Assembly (NCBI GenBank): GCA_002269645.1
Contig: NIVC01000916.1
Location: 186,001-250,000 of the forward strand
Source: Macrostomum lignano
Lineage: Eukaryota
Length of the DNA: 64,000 nt
Direction: 5' to 3'
Shown here one piece after another: positions 23,633 through 34,391 of this stretch. Under the pieces are notes generated by a model. The model was given only the letters and a program-made list of their open reading frames with translations. It was not told the origin of the DNA and made no database searches. Each line of letters begins with the position of its first letter. Within the stretch, counting starts at the first letter, position 1. Position numbers and translations under genes: made by a program.

Positions 23633-25828
23633 TGCAGCCACAGGCACTCATTTTGGCTCCGCAGGTACTCATTTTGGCTCCGCAGGTACTCATTTTGGCT
23701 CCGCAGGCACTCATTTTGGCTCCGCAGGCACTCATTTTGGCTCCGCAGGCACTCATTTTGGCTCCGCAGGCACTCATTTTGTAGCCGCAGGCACTCATTT
23801 TGTAGCCGCAGGCACTCATTTTGGCTCCGCAGGTACTCATTTTGGCTCCGCAGGTACTCATTTTGGCTCCGCAGGCACTCATTTTGGCTCCGCAGGCACT
23901 CATTTTGGCTCCGCAGGCACTCATTTTGGCGCCGCAGGCACTCATTTTGTAGCCGCAGGCACTCATTTTGGCGCCGCAGGCACTCATTTTGTAGCCGCAG
24001 GCACTCATTTTGTAGCCGCAGGCACTCATTTTGGCTCCGCAGGTACTCATTTTGGCTCCGCAGGTACTCATTTTGGCTCCGCAGGCACTCATTTTGTAGC
24101 CGCAGGCACTCATTTTGTAGCCGCAGGCACTCATTTTGGCGCCGCAGGTACTCATTTTGTAGCCGCAGGCACTCATTTTGGCTCCGCAGGTACTCATTTT
24201 GTAGCCGCAGACACTTATTTTATAGCCACAGGTACTCATTTTGGCTCCGCAGGTACTCATTTTGTAGCCGCAGGCACTCATTTTGTAGCCACAGACACTC
24301 ATTTTGTAGCCACAGGCACTCATTTTGGAGCCGCAGACACTCATTTTGTAGCCACAGGCACTCATTTTGGAGCCGCAGACACTCATTTTGTAGCCACAGG
24401 CACTCATTTTGTAGCCGCAGGCACTCATTTTGTAGCCGCAGGCACTCATTTTGGCTCCGCAGGTACTCATTTTGGCTCCGCAGGTACTCATTTTGGCTCC
24501 GCAGGCACTCATTTTGGCTCCGCAGGCACTCATTTTGGCTCCGCAGGCACTCATTTTGTAGCCGCAGGCACTCATTTTGTAGCCGCAGGCACTCATTTTG
24601 GCGCCGCAGGCACTCATTTTGTAGCCGCAGGCACTCATTTTGTAGCCGCAGGCACTCATTTTGGCTCCGCAGGTACTCATTTTGGCTCCGCAGGTACTCA
24701 TTTTGGCTCCGCAGGCACTCATTTTGTAGCCGCAGGCACTCATTTTGTAGCCGTAGGCACTCATTTTGGCGCCGCAGGTACTCATTTTGTAGCCGCAGGC
24801 ACTCATTTTGGCTCCGCAGGTACTCATTTTGTAGCCGCAGACACTTATTTTATAGCCACAGGTACTCATTTTGGCTCCGCAGGTACTCATTTTGTAGCCG
24901 CAGGCACTCATTTTGTAGCCACAGACACTCATTTTGTAGCCACAGGCACTCATTTTGGAGCCGCAGACACTCATTTTGTAGCCACAGGCACTCATTTTGG
25001 AGCCGCAGACACTTATTTTATAGCCACAGGTACTCATTTTGGCTCCGCAGGTACTCATTTTGTAGCCGCAGGCACTCATTTTGGAGCCGCAGACACTCAT
25101 TTTGTAGCCACAGGCACTCATTTTGTAGCCGCAGGCACTCATTTTGGCGCCGCAGGCACTCATTTTGGCTCCGCAGGTACTCATTTTGTAGCCGCAGGCA
25201 CTCATTTGTAGCCGCAGGCACTCATTTTGTAGCCACAGGTACTCATTTTGTAGCCGCAGGCACTCATTTTGGCGCCGCAGGCACTCATTTTGGCTCCGCA
25301 GGTACTCATTTTGTAGCCGCAGGCACTCATTTTGTAGCCGCAGGCACTCATTTTGTAGCCACAGGCACTCATTTTGTAGCCGCAGGCACTCATTTTGGCG
25401 CCGCAGGCACTCATTTTGGCTCCGCAGGTACTCATTTTGGCTCCGCAGGTACTCATTTAGGCTCCGCAGGCACTCATTTTGGCTTCGCAGGCACTCATTT
25501 TGTAGCCGCAGGCACTCATTTTGCAGCCGCAGGCACTCATTTTGCAGCCGCAGGCACTCATTTTGGCTCCGCAGGCACTCATTTTGTAGCCGCAGGCACT
25601 CATTTTGTAGCCGCAGGCACTCATTTTGTAGCCGCAGACACTCATTTTGCAGCCGCAGGCACTCATTTTGGCGCCGCAGGCACTCATTTTGGCTCCGCAG
25701 GTACTCATTTTGTAGCCGCAGGCACTCATTTTGTAGCCGCAGGCACTCATTTTGCAGCCGCAGGCACTCATTTTGTAGCCGCAGGCACTCATTTTGGCTC
25801 CGCAGGCACTCATTTTGGCGCCTCAGGC
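23633..25828. repeat. 21-bp minisatellite (GCAGGCACTCATTTTGTAGCC and GGCTCC variants), ~100 copies
   Basis: Tandem array. Confidence 0.97.
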
Positions 25829-25918
25829 ACCGGTGCAAGACATAAATACGGGCGTATTCTATAGGCCAAATAAACAGCAAAAAAACTTGGCTAAAGTTCT
25901 ATGGCAGAAATGCATTAA

Positions 25919-26861
25919 ATGAGCACACAATGCATTCCAAATTACTTCTATAGGCACCAGCATTTCTTAGCTCGCCCCAGGAAGTTCACCGACTGCATGG
26001 CTGAGCGGCTTCATCAACAGGCAAAGAGCCCAGCCAGGACGAGGACTTTATTGATGATGACGTCATCGTCTTCGAAACAGAGCGGCAACGCCGAGTCCAT
26101 CTCCGGTGGAAAGTGCAGCTCCCAGCTGAAGTGGCGGTCGGTTGCAGCGAAGTCAGCCAAGGGATCGGCTGGACTCGGGGGGTCTCAGAAGTCTCAGAAG
26201 GAGCAGCAAGCCGGACAAGGCTGGATCAGTCAGCAGCAGCAAGCCGGACAAGGCTGGATCAGTCAGCAGCAGCAAGCCGGACAAGGCTGGATCAGTCAGC
26301 AGCAGCAAGCCGGACAAGGCTGGATCAGTCAGGGGAGCAACAACCAGTGCGCTCTGGAGGGGTTCGATTCACCAGGTTCCGAGATGACGCTGCTGCAGAA
26401 TCAGGATGAAGCATGCCTTAACGAACCACCGCAGCAGTGGCAGCGGACTTCGGAATCCATACCTGACCTCTGCACCAACGGCAGAGATGGACAAGTAGGT
26501 CTTCCCGCAGAGATCCCAGCATCCACAATCAGTCTTGAAAGCTTGCTGTTTCAAAATGGTTTCGATGTGACTCGCGCGGAAGCTCAAACTCGTCTGGCCG
26601 ATTCGAAGTCTTCAGCTGATCAGTCAGGCTGGCAGTCACCACAGTCCCGCTGTCGCAGCTCCGAAGAGCAACCAGAGACTTCTCAAGATCATGAGACAGT
26701 GCGCGACCAGCTACTGCTGGCTGACTTCTCAGATGACGAACTGACCGACGCGGAGGCTGAGTCGGGCGAGCTCTTTCTGACTCCGAAGCCGCCAGTCCCG
26801 AAGCCGAGAACGAGGCGTACTTTAACGATGGAGCAACCGGCTGCTCAAGTGACTCAGTTGG
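25919..26861 (+). CDS. Orphan low-complexity S/Q/P-rich protein, exon 1 of 2 (start codon uncertain)
   Basis: Long open frame with four 33-bp coding repeats (QQQQAGQGWIS, 26203-26331); phase-1 donor G|GTAAAT at 26861/26862. Confidence 0.55.
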
Positions 26862-26926
26862 GTAAATCCCTCAGGGATCGATTGAATAATGAATTTATTG
26901 TTACATTACATTCGAGGGGGAGCGCC

Positions 26927-27090
26927 ATTTCGGCTGAGGGGCGCCATTTCAGCTGAGGGGCGCCATTTCAGTTGAAGGGGCGCCATTTCAGTTGAGGGGC
27001 GCCATTTCAGCTGAGGGGGCGCCATTTGATTTGAAGGGGCGCCATTTCATCTGAGGGGGCGCCATTTGATTTGAAGGGGCGCCATTTCAT
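26927..27090. repeat. Intronic ~21-bp tandem repeat (GGGGCGCCATTTCAGTTGA-like)
   Basis: About 8 copies. Confidence 0.9.
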
Positions 27091-27247
27091 TGGAGGTCAT
27101 GTTTAGCACCAGACCTATCGCGATTTCTTCAAGTCCCTTCTTGAGCCACGCGTACAGGTACACATGCAGATTTGCATTCATTAGCTCTCATTAACTGCAC
27201 CTCCTTGCTCTGAGACGCATATTGGTCTGTACGTGCAAATATTTCAG

Positions 27248-27765
27248 ATCCAGCGCTGCCGATTAACTTCAACGCAGCGGCGCCAGTGCCGACGCCAAGA
27301 CGGCGCCGATCTCAGCAGCAGCCGCAGCCAGTTGTTGTTTCGACGCCCGACTTTGAGCCGCTGCCTCCACCACCGACCTTGCCGGTGCCTCGAGAACGTC
27401 ACAGTCGTTGTAGACCTTCCGGGTCAGTTGACAACCAGCTTGATTGTGAGCAGCGATTTGATGATTCGCCTCTCGACGGGCCAGGCTGGACAAGCTCGAC
27501 AACCTCGCAGACCGACTCAGCCGAGGCCGGTGCCGTGGAAGACGACGCCACGGTGCGGCCGGAGTACGTCGACGAGGCTCTGGACCAGCTGCTGCTCACG
27601 CGGTCGCGGCTGACGCAGGGCCTGCCAGCAGTTGCTCAGCCAAAAACGCAAGCAAAAGGCTGCTCGGAACTGGCCAATGCCTTGACAACGGCCCGACGAC
27701 CGATGGAGCAACCGGCGGTGAAGCTGCCAGCGGGTGCCTCTGGCCGCAGGAGACCAGCGAACTGA
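27248..27765 (+). CDS. Orphan protein, exon 2 of 2
   Basis: Acceptor TTTCAG|AT is phase-compatible with exon 1 (G+AT = Asp) and continues in the 27286-27765 ORF frame to TGA. Confidence 0.55.
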
Positions 27766-28122
27766 CAGCCGCAACTGCATCTGGAAGAAGTTCTTCGTGC
27801 ACTTGAACTTGAACTGAAGGACCCGAGCAACAGAAGTAACATTCAAAAAGACTGTACAGTATAGGCAATGCACTCATTTTTTTATGGATGAAGTAGACAC
27901 GAGTTCCTTTAGCCCTACTTGATTGGCGAGATCGAGCCTGGCCTTTACATTAATTATAGGGGGAGGATTTTCCCAGCTTTGTTGGCTTGGTTTGTCGTCT
28001 GCTTTTTAATTCCCAAAGTAGAAGCGGTGATCAATGTTTTACAAGCATTTTCATGACATTTGCCCAAAGTTTTTGCATAGCAATCTTTTCCCTTGTAAAT
28101 TAGCTCAGTTCACGACCTCATA

Positions 28123-28493
<371 letters not shown>

Positions 28494-28578
28494 GGTTGAA
28501 AGAATGTTTGCGAAAACACAGGGTGAACAATTTTATTATAAAACTACTCACAAAGTACCACCTAAGTAACACTGCAGA

Positions 28579-28584
28579 TTTATT
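28579..28584 (-). terminator. PolyA signal of heptad-repeat gene A
   Basis: AATAAA on the minus strand ~105 nt after the stop, at a position conserved with the paralog (42222-42227). Confidence 0.6.
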
Positions 28585-28688
28585 GGTCAAGTCAATAAAA
28601 GAGAAAACACAAAGGCTCAGATTTCATTTCCCATTGTGGGAGAAGGAGTTCAAGGATCAGAGCACCAAATAATTGAATAGCAAAGGGT

Positions 28689-29420
28689 TCAATAATCTCC
28701 CCCCTTCTTCCGGCCGTCACCGCCCTTGTTCCAGCGGTCTCCGCCCTTCTTCCAGCCGTCACCGCCCTTGTTCCAGCGGTCTCCGCCCTTGTTCCAGCGG
28801 TCTCCGCCCTTGTTCCAGCGGTCTCCGCCCTTGTTCCAGCGGTCTCCGCCCTTGTTCCAGCGGTCTCCGCCCTTGTTCCAGCGGTCTCCGCCCTTGTTCC
28901 AGCGGTCTCCGCCCTTGTTCCAACGGTCTCCGCCCTTGTTCCAGCGGTCTCCGCCCTTGTTCCAGCGGTCTCCGCCCTTGTTCCAGCGGTCTCCGCCCTT
29001 GTTCCAGCGGTCTCCGCCCTTGTTCCAGCGGTCTCCGCCCTTGTTCCAGCGGTCTCCGCCCTTGTTCCAGCGGTCTCCGCCCTTGTTCCAACGGTTTCCG
29101 CCCTTGTTCCAGCGGTCTCCGCCCTTGTTCCAGCGGTCTCCGCCCTTGTTCCAGCGGTCTCCGCCCTTGTTCCAGCGGTCTCCGCCCTTGTTCCAGCGGT
29201 CTCCGCCCTTGTTCCAGCGGTCTCCGCCCTTGTTCCAGCGGTCTCCGCCCTTGTTCCAGTGGTCTCCGCCCTTGTTCCAGTGGTCTCCGCCCTTGTTCCA
29301 GCGTTGTCCGTCCTTCGTGGAGCCGTTACTAGAGCCATCAGGCAGACTGGAAGCCGCGATGGCGCACAGAAGCGCCGCAGTGGCCGCAAGAAGAAGACGC
29401 CTGGACGAGTTTGTCGCCAT
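28689..29420 (-). CDS. Secreted heptad-repeat protein A (243 aa): signal peptide, short linker and 29 heptads (WNKGGDR) ending KKGGDY
   Basis: N-terminus MATNSSRRLLLAATAALLCAIAAS resembles a signal peptide. Repeat variants CGC>CGT and GGA>GGT are synonymous only in this frame. Paralog at 41724 shares the start, stop position, UTRs and promoter. Confidence 0.78.
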   Translation of the reverse strand: MATNSSRRLLLAATAALLCAIAASSLPDGSSNGSTKDGQRWNKGGDHWNKGGDHWNKGGDRWNKGGDRWNKGGDRWNKGGDRWNKGGDRWNKGGDRWNKGGDRWNKGGNRWNKGGDRWNKGGDRWNKGGDRWNKGGDRWNKGGDRWNKGGDRWNKGGDRWNKGGDRWNKGGDRWNKGGDRWNKGGDRWNKGGDRWNKGGDRWNKGGDRWNKGGDRWNKGGDGWKKGGDRWNKGGDGRKKGGDY

Positions 29421-29511
29421 TCTGTTTGCTTGAAGCAGATTGTTTTGGCAGTTAGCAAAACGCTATCTGAGAGTTCTGGGCGTTCTGAGAGTTCTGAGCC
29501 ATGAAGCATAC

Positions 29512-29562
29512 CGGTTATTTATGCGGAATTTGAAGAGAACACGATAGGTTGATTATGCAACC
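29512..29562 (-). promoter_or_regulatory. Conserved proximal promoter of gene A: GGTTGCATAATCAACCTA and AATTCCGCATAAATAACCG (TATA-like)
   Basis: Both blocks are near-identical to 41601-41648, upstream of the paralog. Confidence 0.65.
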
Positions 29563-29888
29563 CCGAGCACCTGCAACAGAGCCTTGGTGCCAGGTGAACA
29601 TTCAGATGTGCTGAGAAAATCTCAAATTAACTGGAATTTACCAGTTCGTCTTATTTACCAGTAGGTGTGGCTGCATTTTGCCAGGTGCAAACTGCTAATA
29701 GCCAACCTTATTAATTTGTTTCGGTCAGGCCCGCACTTGATTAGTACCGCGATATGCCAGTTTTAAGTAAAAACATCTGATCTGCTACGGAAACAAAAAG
29801 GGTTTGTGTAAAGCTCTTTTACTTTATTAATAATCACACACGATTTTTCCAGCAATTGAAGCTTACATTTTTTCAAGTTTAAAATTTA

Positions 29889-30365
29889 AGGGAGGTCCAG
29901 AGTGAGGGAGGTCAGAGTGAGGGAGGTCAGAGTGAGGGAGGTCAGAGTGAGGGAGGTCAGAGTGAGGGAGGTCAGAGTGAGGGAGGTCAGAGTGAGGGAG
30001 GTCAGAGTGAGGGAGGTCAGAGTGAGGGAGGTCAGAGTGAGGGAGGTCAGAGTGAGGGAGGTCAGAGTGAGGGAGGTCAGAGTGAGGGAGGTCAGAGTGA
30101 GGGAGGTCAGAGTGAGGGAGGTCAGAGTGAGGGAGGTCAGAGTGAGGGAGGTCAGAGTGAGGGAGGTCAGAGTGAGGGAGGTCAGAGTGAGGGAGGTCAG
30201 AGTGAGGGAGGTCAGAGTGAGGGAGGTCAGTGTGAGGGAGGTCAGAGTGAGGGAGGTCAGTGGGAGGGAGGTCAGAGTAAGGGAGGTCAGTGGGAGGGAG
30301 GTCAGAGTGAGGAAGGTCAGTGTGAGGGAGGTCAGAGTGAGGGAGGTCAGAGTGAGGGAGGTCAG
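29889..30365. repeat. 15-bp satellite (GAGGTCAGAGTGAGG), left part
   Basis: About 31 copies; interrupted by an LTR element insertion. Confidence 0.97.
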
Positions 30366-30623
30366 TGTTGTGCATCAGAGTTCAGCCTATAGCTTTAGTG
30401 CATTATTGTTTTTCTGTCTATGTGACTTAAGCTCGCTCAACTTTCGTTTTGTTGCTGTTTAGTCTATGGCAGTATACTCTTTCTTTCGCAGAGCTCCTCT
30501 CGGTTTCAGCCCTTCTCCCCCTCAAGACCCCGCCCAGAGCTATGCGTTCAAGATTCCTGATTATACCATCAAATATAAACGATAACCTTGCACCGCTCGT
30601 CATCTTAATCTCGACACACATCA
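30366..30623 (+). repeat. 5' LTR (258 bp; lacks a 197-bp segment and 4 bp relative to the 3' LTR)
   Basis: Alignment by eye with 32987-33445 shows one substitution plus the indels. Confidence 0.92.
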
Positions 30624-30956
30624 ATGGCGTCGCAACTCGGCAACCTGCCGCTCGAAAAGCCGGAGAGGGCGCAAACATGGCTGACTGCCTTCCAAGCGTT
30701 GGCCAGAGCGAAAGGATGGACTGACACTGCAGAAAAGAAATGCATCGCTGACAATTTCCTAGCTTGCTGCGGTCTGACTGCACTTGAAAAATTGCAAGAT
30801 CTTGTGTCTCCACGACTTGTAGCCGACCTGTCGTTTGCGGACATTGAGAAAACACTCCTGGACTACCTACGACCCAGAGAGAAACTGACCGTGGCGGAGA
30901 GGGCGCGGTTCTTCAACGTTCGTCAAGCGCCTAGCGAGTCCATTGGCGACTTTGTG
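30624..30956 (+). pseudogene. Truncated gag (N-terminal capsid region)
   Basis: MASQL...LRPREKLTVAERARFFNVRQAPSESIGDFV is typical Mag-like gag; breaks at the junction with the inverted segment. Confidence 0.8.
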
Positions 30957-31490
30957 AGCGTTGGAATGGATAGTCCGGGGCGGGCCATCGATCCCTGTCG
31001 TGGCCGACACGCGGTCGTAGGCGGCTGCAGACCGGGCAGCGTTGGACAAATCGTGACACATCCTGTTGCATCCCAGGCCACCAGCAAGACGCTGAAAGCA
31101 GGTTGTATGAGGCCTGAATTCCAGAGTGGGTGTCATGGATCGCGTCAAAGGCAGCCCGGCGCAACCGTGGGGGGATGTAAACCCTCCTCTGCATGTAAAG
31201 AAGTCCGTTTTCCAGCGTTAGCTTTTCGGAAACGGCTTTGAAGCTTGACTCTGCCTGCGAGCAACCTTGCCAATTTCCATTGCGTACTCTCATTAAAATC
31301 TTCTGGGTGAACGGGTCTGCGTCCATTTCTGCCAAAATTCTTCCGGCCTCGATCACCGGCGATTCAAATACCACGACGTTGATAGCATCAAACGTTTCCT
31401 TGTCGTCTGCTGAAGGGTGATCAAAGCGGAGCCGAGATAAAGCGTCAGCGTGTGGGATGTCGCGGCCTCGCACGTACTCGATGTTGAAGG
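30957..31490 (-). pseudogene. Inverted pol fragment (RNaseH end plus integrase HHCC domain) from a related subfamily
   Basis: IEYVRGRDIPHADALSR...HDTH...CPVC...YPFQR on the minus strand, with no stops. Confidence 0.88.
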
Positions 31491-32807
31491 TACGCGCGAG
31501 GGAGCAGCATTCCCCATGCTGACGCAATTTCTAGACTGCGCTTTGACGACTGCACCTCGGACGACAAGGAGACGTTTGAAGCTATTAATGCTGTGGCTTT
31601 TGAGGCACCGGTGATTGACGCAGATAGGGTTGCAGCCGAACTGAGTACTGACGCGTTCGCTCAACGCATCTTGGAGCGTGTACGCTCCGGCAATTGGAGG
31701 AGTTGCAGTCAGGCAGAGGCATCCTTCAAGAAGGTTGCGGAGACACTAACGCTGGAGAACGGGCTTCTCTATATGCAGAGACGCGTGTTTATACCACCGC
31801 GGCTGCGCAAGGCAGCGTTTGAGGCAGTTCATGACACCCATTCAGGTGCACAAGCTTCGTACAACCTGCTCTCAGCGTCTTGCTGGTGGCCTGGCATGCA
31901 GCAGGATGTAACCCAGTTTGTCCAGCGCTGCCCAGGCTGTTGCCACTTGCGACCTCGCTTGGGAAATGACAGAGACCACTGGCCGGCAGCTTCGTACCCG
32001 TTTCAACGTATCCATATGGACTGGGCCTATGTGAAGGACGCCGGTAACATTCTAGTCATCATTGACACATTTTCTGGTTGGATAGAGGCATTCCCCTGTC
32101 GGAATAGAACTGGCGAATCAGTTATGCAGTGTTTGCGCGCAGTGTTCGCACGCTTTGGAGTGGCCGAGCTGGTAGTGTCCGATAATGCACCAGAGTTCAT
32201 CGGTGATCCCCTCTACTCTTGGCTACGGGCCAATGGTGTCCATAAACTTGAATCGCCAGCTTATTATCCACAGGCAAACGGAGCGGCCGAACGCGCTGTA
32301 CAGACCGTCAAAGCTGCACTGCGCGCGTGGTCAGAGAGAATTACGCACATGGAATTCAGCCATTTTCTGCAGAAAGTGCTGCTCCACCATCGGAACTCAG
32401 CATCGTCGCGGGAGCAATGCCCGGCCGAGATACTGTTCGGCAAAAAGCTCAGAGTACCGGTGGTGACGCACTTTGAGCAAGGTGACGGCGTCATGTATCG
32501 GCCTACCGCCTCCGCAAGCACCAACTCAGCCACATTTCTAATGACGTCAGGGCGCAACACCGCATGGATTCTGGCTAAAAATGGATTGCACCTGGCCAGT
32601 ACAAACCAACTGGCGCCCGCAGCCGATCCATTCGCCACCGACGAGGAGGATAGCTATGAAACCGATGCTCCAGTTCCGAACGTCGACGAGGACTCAAGAG
32701 ACGAAGACCCTGCTACGGGACAGGAGGGTCCAACCCAGGAGCATGGGGCTGCGTTGCCCCGCCGTAGCACCCGTGCATGCCGCGCGCCTGATCGCTTCTC
32801 ACCATGA
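31491..32807 (+). CDS. pol 3' fragment: RNaseH end plus intact integrase (HHCC, DDE)
   Basis: IPHADAISR, HDTH/CPGC, HMD, VSDNA and AAER motifs intact; PR and RT absent. Confidence 0.85.
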   Translation, partial: YARGSSIPHADAISRLRFDDCTSDDKETFEAINAVAFEAPVIDADRVAAELSTDAFAQRILERVRSGNWRSCSQAEASFKKVAETLTLENGLLYMQRRVFIPPRLRKAAFEAVHDTHSGAQASYNLLSASCWWPGMQQDVTQFVQRCPGCCHLRPRLGNDRDHWPAASYPFQRIHMDWAYVKDAGNILVIIDTFSGWIEAFPCRNRTGESVMQCLRAVFARFGVAELVVSDNAPEFIGDPLYSWLRANGVHKLESPAYYPQANGAAERAVQTVKAALRAWSERITHMEFSHFLQKVLLHHRNSASSREQCPAEILFGKKLRVPVVTHFEQGDGVMYRPTASASTNSATFLMTSGRNTAWILAKNGLHLASTNQLAPAADPFATDEEDSYETDAPVPNVDEDSRDEDPATGQEGPTQEHGAALPRRSTRACRAPDRFSP

Positions 32808-32986
32808 TTGACTCACTGACAATTCTTCAGATAACAAAAACTGCTCTACTTAATCATATACCTAACATAACGCTCTGGCATAGTCGTTTCCCACATATGA
32901 TAGTTTGAATAGTTCTTTCTATGATTGTTGCTCACGCGCGTATGCGTGAATATCGGCCCCACGCCCTTCGTTCCGTAAGGGGGACA

Positions 32987-33445
32987 TGTTGTGCATCAGA
33001 GTTCAGCCTATAGCTTTAGTGCATTATTGTTTTTCTGTCTATGTGACTTAAGCTCGCTCAACCTTCGTTTTGTTGCTGTTTAGTTAGTCTATGGCAGTTG
33101 TAGTGTACGCCCCCTCTATGCCTTCACGCTTTTCTCTGACTAGCTTTCGCCCTCTTGTCCAACGTGCACTAGCACTGGCCCCGTCAACCATTGCGTAACA
33201 CTGTAGCCGCACGTCGGCAGTGAGTTGATATAATAGCTCAAATATACGGTTCACGAGACCAGGTTTTTTGCCACACACAAGAGCACTACAGCAGTATACT
33301 CTTTCTTTCGCAGAGCTCCTCTCGGTTTCAGCCCTTCTCCCCCTCAAGACCCCGCCCAGAGCTATGCGTTCAAGATTCCTGATTATACCATCAAATATAA
33401 ACGATAACCTTGCACCGCTCGTCATCTTAATCTCGACACACATCA
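32987..33445 (+). repeat. 3' LTR (459 bp)
   Basis: Preceded by the PPT and followed by the TSD. Confidence 0.92.
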
Positions 33446-33850
33446 GTCAGAGTGAGGGAGGTCAGAGTGAAGGAGGTCAGAGCAAGGGAGGTCAGAGTGA
33501 GGGAGGTCAGAGTGAGGGAGGTCAGAGTGAGGGAGGTCAGAGTGAGGGAGGTCAGAGTGAAGGAGGCCAGAGCAAGGGAGGTCAGAGTGAGGAAGGTCAG
33601 AGTGAGGGATCAGAGTGAAGGAGGTCAGTGCAAGGGAGGTCAGAGTGAGGGAGGTCAGAGTGAAGGAGGTCAGAGCAAGGGAGGTCAGAGTGAGGGAGGT
33701 CAGAGTGAGGGAGGTCAGAGTGAGGGAGGTCAGAGTGAGGGAGGTCAGAGTGAGGGAGGTCAGAGTGAGGAAGGTCAGAGTGAGGGATCAGAGTGAAAGA
33801 GGTCAGTGCAAGGGAGGTCAGAGTGAGGGAGGTCAGTGTGAGGGAGGTCA
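33446..33850. repeat. 15-bp satellite, right part
   Basis: Continuation of the 29889-30365 array. Confidence 0.95.
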
Positions 33851-34211
33851 TTGCAAATGTTTTGCGGGGTCAGCAAGACCAGCTCAGGTCTGCAACAGTA
33901 ACTTGAGTTTGGCAGAACTTGCTAAACCACTCTCCTATTAAGCGCCTAACTGGGTCCCTGCGCAGTTCTGTTGAAGCACTACCCAAATTCGAAGATCAGC
34001 CAATATGAAGCCTCTTGGCGTTCGGGCAACCCCAGCCTCGAGCTCAGCTGCAGAACAGATAAGAATTGTTTACAAAAATCGCATACAAAACTAGTATTAG
34101 TGAGAGTGGCACAACCTCAAGCTGGTGAGACTGAGACCTGAAGTCGCTCAGAAGCTTCGTCGGCAAAGTTTTTATTCGGAAAGTTCCCATTGTACTTTAA
34201 CAAAACTAAGG

Positions 34212-34391
34212 ATGATGCGCCTGTCGCAGTGCCGCAAGCGAACCCTCGTTGCCAGCGCCATCGTGGTTGCCACCATCTGCTCTGACGGTGCGGCGGTCTC
34301 GGGCTGGCAGCTGCTGCCGCTGCTTGCCCTGCTGCACCTCCTGGCTGCCGTTGTTGGCAGCTGGATGGCTCTGCGGACCTGCCTCATCAGG
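34212..34391 (+). CDS. PISD: Phosphatidylserine decarboxylase proenzyme, exon 1 of 4 (basic N-terminus plus hydrophobic anchor); gene 34212-37772, ~368 aa
   Basis: ATG, phase-0 donor AGG|GTGAGT, frame-compatible with exon 2. Confidence 0.7.

Larger units (their letters stand above)
30366..33445 (+). mobile_element. Non-autonomous chimeric Ty3/gypsy LTR retrotransposon with two LTRs and a 5-bp TSD GTCAG
   Basis: LTRs at 30366-30623 and 32987-33445 (TGTTGTG...CACATCA); PBS TGGCGTCGCA at 30625; PPT AAGGGGGAC before 32987; TSD at 30361-30365 and 33446-33450. Confidence 0.93.

Noticed and set aside
20232-25880. Long ORFs such as the 516-aa TDRQ repeat and the 769-aa MSACGYK repeat
   Set aside because: They arise from stop-free microsatellite and minisatellite units open in several frames on both strands; no signal peptide, splice context or frame-specific synonymous pattern.
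28592-29509. Alternative frames of gene A (AETAGTR, FQRSPPL, SSGLRPC repeats)
   Set aside because: No signal peptide, no stop conserved with the paralog, and the repeat variants are synonymous only in the WNKGGDR frame.
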